Assembly: GCA_964610875.1 (NCBI GenBank)
Contig: CAZSWP010000015.1
Coordinates: 13,758-77,757, forward strand
DNA: 64,000 bases
Reading direction: 5' to 3'
Origin: an uncultured archaeon
Lineage (GTDB): Archaea > Asgardarchaeota > Thorarchaeia > Thorarchaeales > Thorarchaeaceae
Position numbers and translations under genes: made by a program. Positions 30,651-40,242 of this stretch are shown piece by piece (position 1 is the stretch's first letter; the number at the start of each line of letters is the position of its first letter). The notes under the pieces were generated by a model. It was not told the origin of the DNA, searched no databases, and worked only from the letters and a program-made list of their open reading frames with translations.

Positions 30651-31493
30651 ATGAATGATCAAGATATTAAACGAGATGAAATAAGTGCAAAAGAATTTCT
30701 GAAAACTAGCACAAAAGCATTAGAGATGTATCAATACCTCAGTGGCTCTCCCCGTGTACAATCATATCTCAGAACAGCAAATCGAATGGCGGTATCTAGG
30801 TTAGGTTATACTGACCATGGTCCTGTTCATGCAGAAGTCGCAACTTGGTATGCTCTAAAAGCATTTGATATCCTTGATGAAACATTCATGCCAAATGTAG
30901 TGGCAGAAGGTATTGGTGACACAGATGATGCCAGATTAGTAGTACTCTCATCTACATATCTCCACGACATTGGCATGGTTATTCACAGAACAGAACATAA
31001 TCAAGGTGCTATACAGCTTGCAGCACCAATTTTAGAAAAGAAACTGAACCAACTCTATGATAATCCTGGGACAGCAACTGACATTCTATCAGCTATCTTT
31101 CATGGCATATTTGCTCATGATGATGACACACAATGTCTGACCTTCGAGGCAGGTATAACGAAAATCGGGGATGGTTGTGATATGACAAAAGGAAGAACGG
31201 TAGTACCTTTCCAGCAAGGAAAAGTTGACATCCATAGTGTGAGTGCTATGGCCATACGAAATGTGCATCTCGAAAAAGGTGAGAACATTCCCTTAGAGAT
31301 AACAGTCGCAATGGATAATCCAGCTGGTGTTTTTCAAGTTGAAGCCGTTCTTATGAAGAAACTATCTACAAGTGGTTTAGAGGACCACGTAAAAGTTAAG
31401 GTGCAAGTCAATGGCGAGCGTCTCTTACTGTCCCAGGTAAAACGCTTGCATCGTGACAAATTGGAAGCAGTAGTAGCTGAGTCCAGAGAATAG
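30651..31493 (+). CDS. HD-superfamily phosphohydrolase (COG3294-like)
   Basis: RLGYTDHGPVH, YLHDIGM, GDGCDMTKGR, DIHSVSA. Confidence 0.88.
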   Translation: MNDQDIKRDEISAKEFLKTSTKALEMYQYLSGSPRVQSYLRTANRMAVSRLGYTDHGPVHAEVATWYALKAFDILDETFMPNVVAEGIGDTDDARLVVLSSTYLHDIGMVIHRTEHNQGAIQLAAPILEKKLNQLYDNPGTATDILSAIFHGIFAHDDDTQCLTFEAGITKIGDGCDMTKGRTVVPFQQGKVDIHSVSAMAIRNVHLEKGENIPLEITVAMDNPAGVFQVEAVLMKKLSTSGLEDHVKVKVQVNGERLLLSQVKRLHRDKLEAVVAESRE

Positions 31494-31515
31494 TACTATT
31501 GATTAATATAAGAAA

Positions 31516-31654
31516 TGGTAGCCCCGCCAGGACTCGAACCTGGGTCGCAAGGAAACTCCACCGAGGAGAACTTGAATCTCAACGATTCCAAAACCTCGCA
31601 TGATGGACCGTTTCGCACAAGCTCGTACTGCTACTTGTTCTACACTACGGGGCT
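31516..31654 (-). tRNA. tRNA-Gln(UUG) with two introns (29 nt at about 15/16; 34 nt at 37/38)
   Basis: Removing 31611-31639 and 31554-31587 gives a 76-nt cloverleaf AGCCCCG...CGAGG TT TTG GT CCTTG...GTTCGAGTC...CGGGGCT ACCA. Confidence 0.88.
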
Positions 31655-31794
31655 AGTTTTACGAACGCATTTTCCATCCCATTCTTTTCTCGCTTAAAGG
31701 TATCGTTTGTATACGTCTCATATCAAAGATTTTGAATAATGATTTCAAATCTCGCTATAATGGAGTGGTCAGCTAGATTTGACAGACTGAATTG

Positions 31795-32055
31795 TTAACT
31801 CAGTCTCAAGTTGTGAAGGACCACTTTGGTCAGTAACTCGCGTCGCTATTCCTTATATCTCCTTGAACTCGAACTCCCCGTGAATCGTACTCTCATCACA
31901 CTGAACATGATTTCCACAAGACTTTGTCTTTCGTACTCATGAGTACATTTTCCACTTCTCTGGGTTTCTTAGATACTCTGTTAGCAATCGTTTGAATGCT
32001 GCGTAGCTCCTTGGCTTCACTTTCATCCTCTGACTAGGCTTCATAGCCGCAGACA
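31795..32055 (-). pseudogene. Degraded IS5-family transposase C-terminal fragment
   Basis: Two frames give KPRSYAAFKRLLTEYLRNPEKWK / EYERQSLVEIMFSVMRVRF...RRELLTKVVLHN, with a frameshift near 31940 and an in-frame TAG at 31846-31848. Confidence 0.7.
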
Positions 32056-32352
32056 GAAAGAAATTCATCGAATCAATCGATAACGAAACAATAGAATCCT
32101 ACAAAAAGCTAAAGACTGAGATAGAAAAATTGTTACACGAATGGATGGGAAGAGGGGCAAAGTTCATGACAATTCGGATGACTCCGGTCAGATGCATGCT
32201 GGTGACAGTAGTCATGAGAAAGGCAGAACACAGGAGTTTCTTGCAGTTCACTCACATTGTAAGAAATAGGTTTTTAATGCCTCTCTGTTGGATGAGCTGA
32301 CTCTTACAGCTTTTAGGGGCAAGGCAAGTAGGAATCAATTCCTTTTTGAGCT

Positions 32353-32667
32353 TTAGAGCATGATACCAAAAGGTTTGCCTTGCTCTAAAACCTCTTTTGG
32401 TATTCGTTCTTGCCAGCGTTCTAGGAATTTTGTTTCCTCAGTACGTTGTTTTCCAGTGACTCTATGTTCATCAGGAAGCATACATGCGATGCCATCTATT
32501 ACTGGGTACCAACGACCACATTTTGGACAGGTTATAAGCGCTGCATCAATCTCCTCAATCTCTTCGTCATCTAACTCAATTTTGTGTGACTCGTAAACAT
32601 CAAGATTGAGTTCACTTCTGCATTCTTTATCAGGACAAGCAAGAATGTCCATTAGCCAACGTTTCAA
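32353..32667 (-). CDS. trm112: Trm112-family methyltransferase activator
   Basis: LMDILACP...LITCPKCGRWYPVIDGIACMLPDE. Confidence 0.9.
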   Translation of the reverse strand: MKRWLMDILACPDKECRSELNLDVYESHKIELDDEEIEEIDAALITCPKCGRWYPVIDGIACMLPDEHRVTGKQRTEETKFLERWQERIPKEVLEQGKPFGIML

Positions 32668-32808
32668 GATGCTATCACCTTTGTGATAGCGATTTTGTTA
32701 TGTGACTTAAAAACCATTTTGGAGAACTCAATGTGACGAATGAAAAAGGCTAATTGGAGGTCATATCTGGTTGTCGCTCATACGATACTCGGGTTGGAGT
32801 AAAAGAAG

Positions 32809-34206
32809 ATGAAATGGAAACATCCTTGGATTCCGATGACAGATGCAATACAAAAAGACATGTTGAAAACAATCGGAAAGAAGGAATTTGAAGACCTTTT
32901 TTGTAACATTCCTGAAAAATTCATACTCAAAAAAGAATTAGACCTACCTGACTCACACTCAGAAATTGAAGTTATGAGAAGGATTCAGGAGCTTGCTTCT
33001 ACGAACAAACCTGCTGATAATGGGAGAGTCTTCATGGGCGCTGGCGTTGGACTTCATTACGTTCCATCCGCAGTGACAGAACTGGCAACACGATCTGAAT
33101 TTGTCACATCGTATACTAGCTATCAAGCTGAAATTAGCCAAGGTATGCTTCAAACATTGTTTGAATACCAGAGTTTACTAGCTGAATTGCTCGATATTGA
33201 TTTAGTCAATAGTAGCATGTATGATATGGCTACTGCTCTTGCTGAAGCCGTACGAATGGCCGTCCGTGTAAAAAAACGTAATCGCTTTCTCGTTCCTGGC
33301 ACACTCAATCCTGAACATATGAATGTTACACAGACCTACACTGAACCTGCAGACATCGTAGTTGAACAAGTAGACTATGATAAGAAAACTGGATTGTTGT
33401 CCCTTTCAGACCTTGATAATCGAATTAGTGATGATGTTGCAGGAGTCTATATAGAAAATCCGAGTTATTTGGGATTCATTGAGAGTCAAGTTGATGAGAT
33501 TGAGAAGATTGTACATGAAAATGGCGCACTCTTCGTAGTCGGTGTGGACATTCTCTCTTTGGGACTTCTACGAGCTCCAGGGAATTATGGTGCTGATATT
33601 GTCATATCTGAAGGACAACCCTTGGGTGTTCCAATGACCTACGGTGGCCCTCTTCTAGGAATCTTTGGGTGTCGTGATGAGAGAAAGCTGATCTATCAAA
33701 TGCCCGGTCGTCTTGTAGGACTGACTCGTACCGAGGAGGAACCATATGAACCTGGATATGTATTGACTATTAGTGCACGAGAGCAGCATATTCGTCGTGA
33801 AAAGGCAACAAGTAACATTTGTTCCAACCAAGCATTGATGGCTGTAACAGCTGCAATCTATGTATCCCTCCTTGGAAAATCAGGCTTCTCAGAATTAGGT
33901 GAAACAATTGCTTACAAATCGAATTACATGGCCAAGAAGCTGAATGAGATTCCTGGAGTCATAGCCCCATCTATTGGTGGGACCATCTGGAAAGAGTTTG
34001 TTGTGAGTTTTGAAGACATGAAAGTTTCAGAGGTGCATGATGCCTTATTGAAGCATAGTCTTCATGGTGGCAAGATGATAAAGAAAGAATTCCCTGATTT
34101 GGGAGAATCAATGTTAGTTTCTGTTACAGAATTACACGAAAAAGAAGTGATAGACGAATTTGTGGAAATAGTGAGAATGGCAGTATCTAAAGGAGGGAAA
34201 AAGTGA
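32809..34206 (+). CDS. gcvPA: Glycine dehydrogenase (decarboxylating) subunit 1
   Basis: TSYTSYQAEISQGMLQTLFEYQ, REQHIRREKATSNICSNQAL. Confidence 0.97.
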   Translation: MKWKHPWIPMTDAIQKDMLKTIGKKEFEDLFCNIPEKFILKKELDLPDSHSEIEVMRRIQELASTNKPADNGRVFMGAGVGLHYVPSAVTELATRSEFVTSYTSYQAEISQGMLQTLFEYQSLLAELLDIDLVNSSMYDMATALAEAVRMAVRVKKRNRFLVPGTLNPEHMNVTQTYTEPADIVVEQVDYDKKTGLLSLSDLDNRISDDVAGVYIENPSYLGFIESQVDEIEKIVHENGALFVVGVDILSLGLLRAPGNYGADIVISEGQPLGVPMTYGGPLLGIFGCRDERKLIYQMPGRLVGLTRTEEEPYEPGYVLTISAREQHIRREKATSNICSNQALMAVTAAIYVSLLGKSGFSELGETIAYKSNYMAKKLNEIPGVIAPSIGGTIWKEFVVSFEDMKVSEVHDALLKHSLHGGKMIKKEFPDLGESMLVSVTELHEKEVIDEFVEIVRMAVSKGGKK

Positions 34207-35756
34207 TGGTCAGAATGACAAAGAGGTATAGACAAGCTAAGTGGGATGAGCCACTTATCTTTGAGTTGTCAGAACCTGGATTTATTGGACACTCGTTTCC
34301 AAAAGTTGAGGATGAAATATTGGAACACTTGGGTGATGTTAAGGCACTAGTGCCAAAGGAAATGATCCGCAAAGAAATTCCAGAACTCCCCGAAGTGACC
34401 GAACCCTCCATAATCCGCCACTATACAAGATTATCTCAGATGAATTTCTCTGTGAGTACAGGTACCTATCCATTAGGCAGTTGTACAATGAAATACAATC
34501 CCACTCAGAACAACTGGGCGGCTAGCCTGCCTGGTTTTGCATGGTTACATCCCTATCAAGATGAGTTTCAAGTACAAGGTGCAATGGAACTCATTTGGGA
34601 ACTAGAACAGTGGCTAGCTGAAATAACTGGTCTAAAAGAGGTGACCTTACAACCAGCAGCGGGTGCACAAGGGGAATTCACTGGAGTTCTCGTAATTCGT
34701 GAATATCACAAATGTGTAACAGAAGAATGTGAGCAGCGTAATGAAATGCTGATTCCTGATGCGGCACATGGAACTAATCCGGCTTCTGCAGCTATGGCTG
34801 GCTACAAGGTAGTTGTTCTACCCAGTAATAGTGAAGGGCTAGTAGATATCGATGCTGTAAAAGAAGCAGCTGGTCCAAATACTGCTGGTCTGATGTTGAC
34901 AAATCCAAACACTATTGGTGTCTTCGAGAAAGAGATTGAAGAGGTAGCAGGGACCGTTCATGATGCTGGGGGTCTTCTATATTATGATGGTGCGAACTTC
35001 AATGCAATTGCAGGTATTGTTCGTCCTGGGGATATGGGTTTTGACGTTGTCCATCTAAATCTACACAAGTCTTTTTCAACACCACATGGAGGTGGTGGAC
35101 CCGGGGCGGGACCTGTGGGTGTCACTGAGGAATTATCTCAATTCTTACCAGTACCTCGAGTACGAAAAACTGACGATGGTTCTTTCTTCTTTGATTACGA
35201 TTTGCCAAGATCCATTGGAAAAGTGAAATCTTTCTATGGTAATTTTGGCGTACTGGTTAGGGCTTATGCTTACATCTATGCACTAGGTCGACAGGGACTC
35301 AAGAGAGCATCGGAAGTCGCTGTACTAAATGCAAACTACATTGCATATCATATTAGCAGAATCAAGGGTTTCAGTCTTCCTTACTCAAAAGATGCACCAA
35401 GAATGCATGAATGCGTCATTTCAGCTGGAACACTGAAGGATGAAACAGGCGTTACTGCAATGAATGTTGCCAAAAGATTACTTGATTTTGGCATTCATGC
35501 TCCTACAGTATACTTCCCGATGATTGTTGATGAAGCTTTGATGATTGAACCAACGGAATCAGAGTCGCGTCAGAACCTTGATACAATGATACAAGTCTAC
35601 CAACAGATATCCGATGAAGCATATTCAAAACCGGAATTGGTCATGCAGGCTCCTCATTCTACCTCCCGGTCATTATTGGATGAGTACCGTGCTGGACATC
35701 CAAAAACCATGGCTCTCTCATGGAGGATGAAACAGGAACAAAGAATTGACGAGTGA
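34203..35756 (+). CDS. gcvPB: Glycine dehydrogenase (decarboxylating) subunit 2
   Basis: YPLGSCTMKYNP, AHGTNPASA, HLNLHKSFSTPHGGGGPG (PLP Lys). Confidence 0.97.
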   Translation: MMVRMTKRYRQAKWDEPLIFELSEPGFIGHSFPKVEDEILEHLGDVKALVPKEMIRKEIPELPEVTEPSIIRHYTRLSQMNFSVSTGTYPLGSCTMKYNPTQNNWAASLPGFAWLHPYQDEFQVQGAMELIWELEQWLAEITGLKEVTLQPAAGAQGEFTGVLVIREYHKCVTEECEQRNEMLIPDAAHGTNPASAAMAGYKVVVLPSNSEGLVDIDAVKEAAGPNTAGLMLTNPNTIGVFEKEIEEVAGTVHDAGGLLYYDGANFNAIAGIVRPGDMGFDVVHLNLHKSFSTPHGGGGPGAGPVGVTEELSQFLPVPRVRKTDDGSFFFDYDLPRSIGKVKSFYGNFGVLVRAYAYIYALGRQGLKRASEVAVLNANYIAYHISRIKGFSLPYSKDAPRMHECVISAGTLKDETGVTAMNVAKRLLDFGIHAPTVYFPMIVDEALMIEPTESESRQNLDTMIQVYQQISDEAYSKPELVMQAPHSTSRSLLDEYRAGHPKTMALSWRMKQEQRIDE

Positions 35757-36175
35757 CCAACAACCTCAAAGCAGAAGAAGGGATAATGGTATTGTTGAAA
35801 CCAATGAAGATAGTAAGCACTATCAATGGTCATGAGTTAGTATTGGAAGCTACTTTTCTAGGCAAAGACATATCCGTTCTAATCTATGGCGGCGATGAAC
35901 ATCATATAGGAGGCATTGCACTAGCTTATCCTACAAGAAGTCATTATCGAGATGCAACCACTATAAGTGTCAGTACGATTACCGCTCCCGGACATAAAGA
36001 CTATGTTGTGGCTAACTCAGCAGCAGAGAAAATCAGTAAATCGTTAAACACTACTGTAACGGTATCTGTAGGAATTCATGTTGATAATGCCTCCAAGGAG
36101 ATGATTCAACAAATACTTGATAGTGTCGAGTCAATGACGGATGAGTTCCTATCGTCCTATCAAAAGGCTGAATAG
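35753..36175 (+). CDS. LpdD/PAC4-like small chaperone-fold protein
   Basis: G.D..V.IYGG..HIG..ALA...PGHKD...A...V.VSVGIH.D pattern. Confidence 0.6.
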   Translation: MTNNLKAEEGIMVLLKPMKIVSTINGHELVLEATFLGKDISVLIYGGDEHHIGGIALAYPTRSHYRDATTISVSTITAPGHKDYVVANSAAEKISKSLNTTVTVSVGIHVDNASKEMIQQILDSVESMTDEFLSSYQKAE

Positions 36176-36203
36176 CTATAAACTAATCAATCACCAAAGT
36201 ACC

Positions 36204-36485
36204 ATGAGAGTCACGTTCAAGTCATTTGGTCTCTTGAGGAGAATAATTGGAAAACGCGTCATTGAAATCCATGTGGCTGATGACGCCACAATTAGCGATG
36301 TGCTCGATTATATCGTAGACGAGTGGGGAGAAGAAGCAAGCAATCTAATAATGGACAATGGAAAAATTAGTGGAAATCTAATAATTCTCCTAAATATGAA
36401 AGATATCGATACCTTGGAAGGAGAGCGAACGTTAGTAAAGGAAAATGATCAAGTTGCAGTTCTTCCTCATGTCCAAGGAGGATAG
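36204..36485 (+). CDS. Ubiquitin-like SAMP/MoaD/ThiS sulfur-carrier protein
   Basis: Beta-grasp pattern MRVTFKSFG.LR...D.VAVLPHVQGG with C-terminal GG; ATG 36204. Confidence 0.9.
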   Translation: MRVTFKSFGLLRRIIGKRVIEIHVADDATISDVLDYIVDEWGEEASNLIMDNGKISGNLIILLNMKDIDTLEGERTLVKENDQVAVLPHVQGG

Positions 36486-37784
36486 GTGAAACCTACCTTG
36501 GGAATTGAATTCTACATTGAAACTTACGGATGTGCTTTGAACACATCGGACTCTGACATAATAAGTAGTAGATTGTCCAGACTGGGACACTCTAGAACCG
36601 ATACTATTGATGATGCTGATGTTCTAATAATCAATACATGTGGAGTAAAAGAACCTACTGAAGACAAAATTATTGCTAGACTGGAACATCTATCGTCCGT
36701 TAATTCACCTGTAATTGTTGGTGGGTGTCTTCCAAGAATCTCACTTGACCGGATAATAAATGCAATACCAAATTATGCGGCTATAGTTGGCCCTCAATCA
36801 ATTACCACACTTGTTTCTATTCTTGAACGTGTAATTTCTGGAGAACAAGGAATCATCCATCTAGACACCGATGTGGATTCCAAATTGAAATACTTTGAAG
36901 GCCCTCCTGCAAGCACCATTGTTACTGTTCCTATCGCTGAAGGCTGTCTAGGTAATTGTACCTATTGTGCTGTGAAATTCGCTAGAAATACCCTTAGAAG
37001 TTATGAAATTAATGAGATAGTTTCAGTTGTCAAGAGATGTGTTCATCTGGGTTACAAGGAAATTCGGTTGACTGCTCAAGACACAGGTGCTTTCGGAAGA
37101 GATACCAGTACTAATCTTGTAGAGCTATTGACTTCCGTCGAAGCTATTCCTGGAGAACACAGAATCCGACTAGGTATGTTTAACCCCAATTTAGTAACCG
37201 ACTCCATTCATAAGATGCTGCAAATAATGAAGTCAAAAAAATTCTACGAATTTTATCACATTCCGTTACAATCCGGAAATGATCAAATTCTACATGAGAT
37301 GAACCGCCAGTACTCAGTTCAAGAGTGGAAAGATACCGTAGTAGCTATAAGAGATAGTTTTTCTAATGCCACGATTGCAACCGATATTATAGTCGGTTAT
37401 CCTGGAGAAACTGATGTACAGTTTCTTGACACTATAGAGTTAATTCAGGACGTAAAACCTACAGTTGTCAATATTTCAAAATATGGTGACCGCCCTAATA
37501 CTAAGGCTTCCATGTCTGATGAAAAGGTTGATACCTTTGTAAAGAAAGAACGAAGCCGAAGCTTAACAAAATTGGTAAATCGCTTGCTTTTAGAGGCAAA
37601 CAGTGCCATGCTTGGTTGGACAGGGCGCGTTTTGATTACCGAACCAGCTTCTCGTGGTGGATCATTGGCAAGAACACAACAGTATCGACCAGTAATTATT
37701 GAAAAATCCTATAATCCTGGCACTTGGATTGATGTAGAGATTACCAAAGCTAGTAAATCCTACATTCTAGGCATTGAAATCTAA
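36486..37784 (+). CDS. mtaB: tRNA t6A37 methylthiotransferase (archaeal e-MtaB/CDKAL1 type)
   Basis: ETYGCALN.SDS, NTCGVK, GGCL, EGCLGNCTYC, C-terminal TRAM domain. Confidence 0.92.
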   Translation: MKPTLGIEFYIETYGCALNTSDSDIISSRLSRLGHSRTDTIDDADVLIINTCGVKEPTEDKIIARLEHLSSVNSPVIVGGCLPRISLDRIINAIPNYAAIVGPQSITTLVSILERVISGEQGIIHLDTDVDSKLKYFEGPPASTIVTVPIAEGCLGNCTYCAVKFARNTLRSYEINEIVSVVKRCVHLGYKEIRLTAQDTGAFGRDTSTNLVELLTSVEAIPGEHRIRLGMFNPNLVTDSIHKMLQIMKSKKFYEFYHIPLQSGNDQILHEMNRQYSVQEWKDTVVAIRDSFSNATIATDIIVGYPGETDVQFLDTIELIQDVKPTVVNISKYGDRPNTKASMSDEKVDTFVKKERSRSLTKLVNRLLLEANSAMLGWTGRVLITEPASRGGSLARTQQYRPVIIEKSYNPGTWIDVEITKASKSYILGIEI

Positions 37785-37785
37785 A

Positions 37786-38775
37786 TCAGATTGTTATATC
37801 TACAATACTTGCATCTGTTGCACTTTTTCTTGCTGCTTCAACAATCTCGAGTGCTCTTACGCCATCTTTTAATCCAACAACTGGCTCTTTCCCTTTCTCT
37901 ATTGCCTCTAAGAAATCTTCGTGTACTTCTCTTATTGGCTCACCATACACTTTGATAGTAGCACCACGTTCAGGTAATCTGATGATTCTATCACTTGCCG
38001 ATGGCTCTTGGTCTAAGTCTTTCACTCGAATAATCTGAGCAAACAGATCGAGATGGAGTGATCCTTTGGTTCCTGACACATCCATGTATCTCTCCCTACC
38101 TGCATAATGTCTTGAAAGATGGAATACGTGTTCAGCACTGGTTTTGAATTTAACAAGCACTACTGCACTATTGAAGATACCTCCCTCTGAAATACACTGG
38201 GCATATAGCTTTGCTGGACCTTTGCTTACTCTGGTCATGATGTCAAAATCATGAACACCTAAATCTTCAAACACATCTCCAAGAGATGGGATTCGTGATG
38301 GTTGAACAAATCCTCTTCTATCATGAATTATTGTTCTTGGTATGCCAATGGCCCCATCATGAATCAAATCAATGGCTCTATTCACAATAGGATTGTAAAT
38401 CTCTGTATGAGAAACTAATGCTATCTTCCCACTCTTTCTAATTATTTCAGCAACTCTTTGAGCGTCTTTCAATGTACTAGCAAGTGGTTTTTCTATGAGT
38501 ATTGCTTTGATTGTGTCATAATTTTTTGCAATATCCTCCGCGATAGAAGCATGTGATATTGTTGGTGTGGATATTACTACTGCATCAAGTTTTTCAGTTC
38601 TTATCATTTCATCATAATTATCATAAGCTTCTACGCCATGAACACCCGCAATCTGTTTTGCGCGTTCAAAATCAGTGTCTGCAACCGCAGCTAATGTACG
38701 AATGCTTCTTAGAACGCGTGCATGAATACGTCCCATATTTCCTGTACCTATTATTCCAATGCGCGGTGCAGTCAT
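37786..38775 (-). CDS. Gfo/Idh/MocA-family NAD(P)-dependent oxidoreductase
   Basis: GIIGTGNMGRIH, IEKPLA, DLGVHDFD. Confidence 0.9.
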   Translation of the reverse strand: MTAPRIGIIGTGNMGRIHARVLRSIRTLAAVADTDFERAKQIAGVHGVEAYDNYDEMIRTEKLDAVVISTPTISHASIAEDIAKNYDTIKAILIEKPLASTLKDAQRVAEIIRKSGKIALVSHTEIYNPIVNRAIDLIHDGAIGIPRTIIHDRRGFVQPSRIPSLGDVFEDLGVHDFDIMTRVSKGPAKLYAQCISEGGIFNSAVVLVKFKTSAEHVFHLSRHYAGRERYMDVSGTKGSLHLDLFAQIIRVKDLDQEPSASDRIIRLPERGATIKVYGEPIREVHEDFLEAIEKGKEPVVGLKDGVRALEIVEAARKSATDASIVDITI

Positions 38776-38972
38776 AACCAGTTACCTCTTCATCCGCACT
38801 CGTTTAGTACCATCCTAAATAGATTGTGTTACTTGAGCAATTATTGCCAATGAGTTTCAACAATCCTTTTTGCCATTTTTTGACACTCTTCCCGCAAAAT
38901 ATAGAGGATTCTATCATTACGACCTTATATGAATGAGAGCATACTCATTATTGAAACCTCAAGAGATGGATT

Positions 38973-39084
38973 GGGCGTGTGTCGCCCTCCAACCGAGCAA
39001 CCTTGTTTGGCACGAATTTGCCACACATCCTCCCGTGGGGTTCGCCCATACTGCCTGCCTCCCTCCTATTGGGCGGGCCCCCTC
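38973..39084. other. GC-rich intergenic structured element (three hairpins), candidate ncRNA
   Basis: Stems GGGCG/CGCCC, TGGCA/TGCCA and GGGG..CGCCCA/TGGGCG..CCCC in AT-rich flanks. Confidence 0.45.
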
Positions 39085-39167
39085 AATTAAGTCAGCTTTT
39101 TTGCCAATGATCTATGAGGTAAAGTCTATATCTTTTCACGTAGAAACTTACTCAAGGGGAGAAACTG

Positions 39168-39407
39168 ATGTTATTGGTATTTTTCATTGGTGCTGTGACA
39201 TTTGCTGTAATTCTCATCTATATAGGTCCGAGGTTGTCAAAGAATCGTGGCTACTCTCCTTCTGGAATCGATCGAGAAGTCGACTCAATTGACTACTCTT
39301 CAATTAGGCCTAAGGATGACCGTGGTACAAAAGATGGAAGGTATGAGTCACAAGTCAGAAGAATGAGTAGACTCTCTAGGGAAAATGATAATGAGCTAGC
39401 TCCATAA
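39168..39407 (+). CDS. Small single-pass membrane protein
   Basis: Hydrophobic N-terminus, charged tail, SD-like GGGGAG. Confidence 0.55.
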   Translation: MLLVFFIGAVTFAVILIYIGPRLSKNRGYSPSGIDREVDSIDYSSIRPKDDRGTKDGRYESQVRRMSRLSRENDNELAP

Positions 39408-39435
39408 CCAACTGATGAATTAAGTATGTTTTTGA

Positions 39436-39741
39436 TTGGTGATTCTTTTGGTCGCAAAAGACATCCTGCAAAAAGTCAGTTATTATTTTGGAAGTGAGAA
39501 TCTTCAAATTATCAAATCCAAAATAGAGGAGTTTACAGGTGAGTTTGGACGTGTTTATCGTGATAAGCCAAGTAATAGAATAATTCGATGTATCATTCAT
39601 TTGGCTTCAGGAGATGTCAACAAGATGGAACAGCTGTTTCAGGTTGCATTGAAAGATTGGCGTGACGTGATTTTGTGGGCTGAATATGATGAACACGGTA
39701 ACAGAGTGTTTTATGGTCATCAACGGTTCACATTCAAATGA
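39436..39741 (+). CDS. Hypothetical protein
   Basis: Protein-like C-terminal motif RIIRCIIHLASGD...DWRDVILWAEY. Confidence 0.6.
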   Translation: MVILLVAKDILQKVSYYFGSENLQIIKSKIEEFTGEFGRVYRDKPSNRIIRCIIHLASGDVNKMEQLFQVALKDWRDVILWAEYDEHGNRVFYGHQRFTFK

Positions 39742-39754
39742 ATGAAAGATTAAT

Positions 39755-40183
39755 CTAATCAGATAAAAGAAGGGCACGAAATCTAATCCAATAGTACAAG
39801 TCCAGTACGAATAGGAAAGCTCCTTGGATTATCACACCAATACCATTGCCTGCGACAAATGGATTCTGCCAAAAGAAGACTAGCAGCAGAATCCCAATTA
39901 TTTGATAAACAATGTCCAAACCTGTATTAATGCGGAGAATATTAGCTAGTTTTTCAATTGGCTGCTCGTTATTTTTTCGTAGTGTGAATACTGCAATTAC
40001 TAAATCAATAACTCCCCACAACATTGCCTGTAATCCAATACCTTGAATCAAGGGGATTGAGGTAAAATATAACATAATCCCAACGACCGAACTAGAAATA
40101 CTCCAGAGTAGTAATCTCTTTCCAAGCCCTTGTGCCAACTTTGTTTTTGTTTCCACAATACTCACCTGCCATTCACCCCGCAA
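39755..40183 (-). CDS. Four-TM hypothetical membrane protein
   Basis: LLWS..S, Q..LWG.ID..IA, N.GLD..Y and G.GVIIQGAFL..LD pattern. Confidence 0.7.
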   Translation of the reverse strand: MRGEWQVSIVETKTKLAQGLGKRLLLWSISSSVVGIMLYFTSIPLIQGIGLQAMLWGVIDLVIAVFTLRKNNEQPIEKLANILRINTGLDIVYQIIGILLLVFFWQNPFVAGNGIGVIIQGAFLFVLDLYYWIRFRALLLSD

Positions 40184-40242
40184 AACAATATCGAAAATTG
40201 CTCATAAAACAGATGATATGTCTTTTTTTTGTGATAATTGAT

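Noticed and set aside
31515-31697. 60-aa ORF; likewise 45368-45589, 59195-59407 and the 5' end of 40922-41200
   Set aside because: These overlap tRNA genes and are spurious
39021-39050. CCTCCCGTGG resembles the P3/L3 of HDV-like (theta) ribozymes
   Set aside because: No convincing P1 followed by the GG needed for P1.1, and no J4/2-P2 could be built
38933-39292. 119-aa ORF over the GC-rich element
   Set aside because: No recognisable motif, atypical composition, and it overlaps the better-supported 39168 ORF
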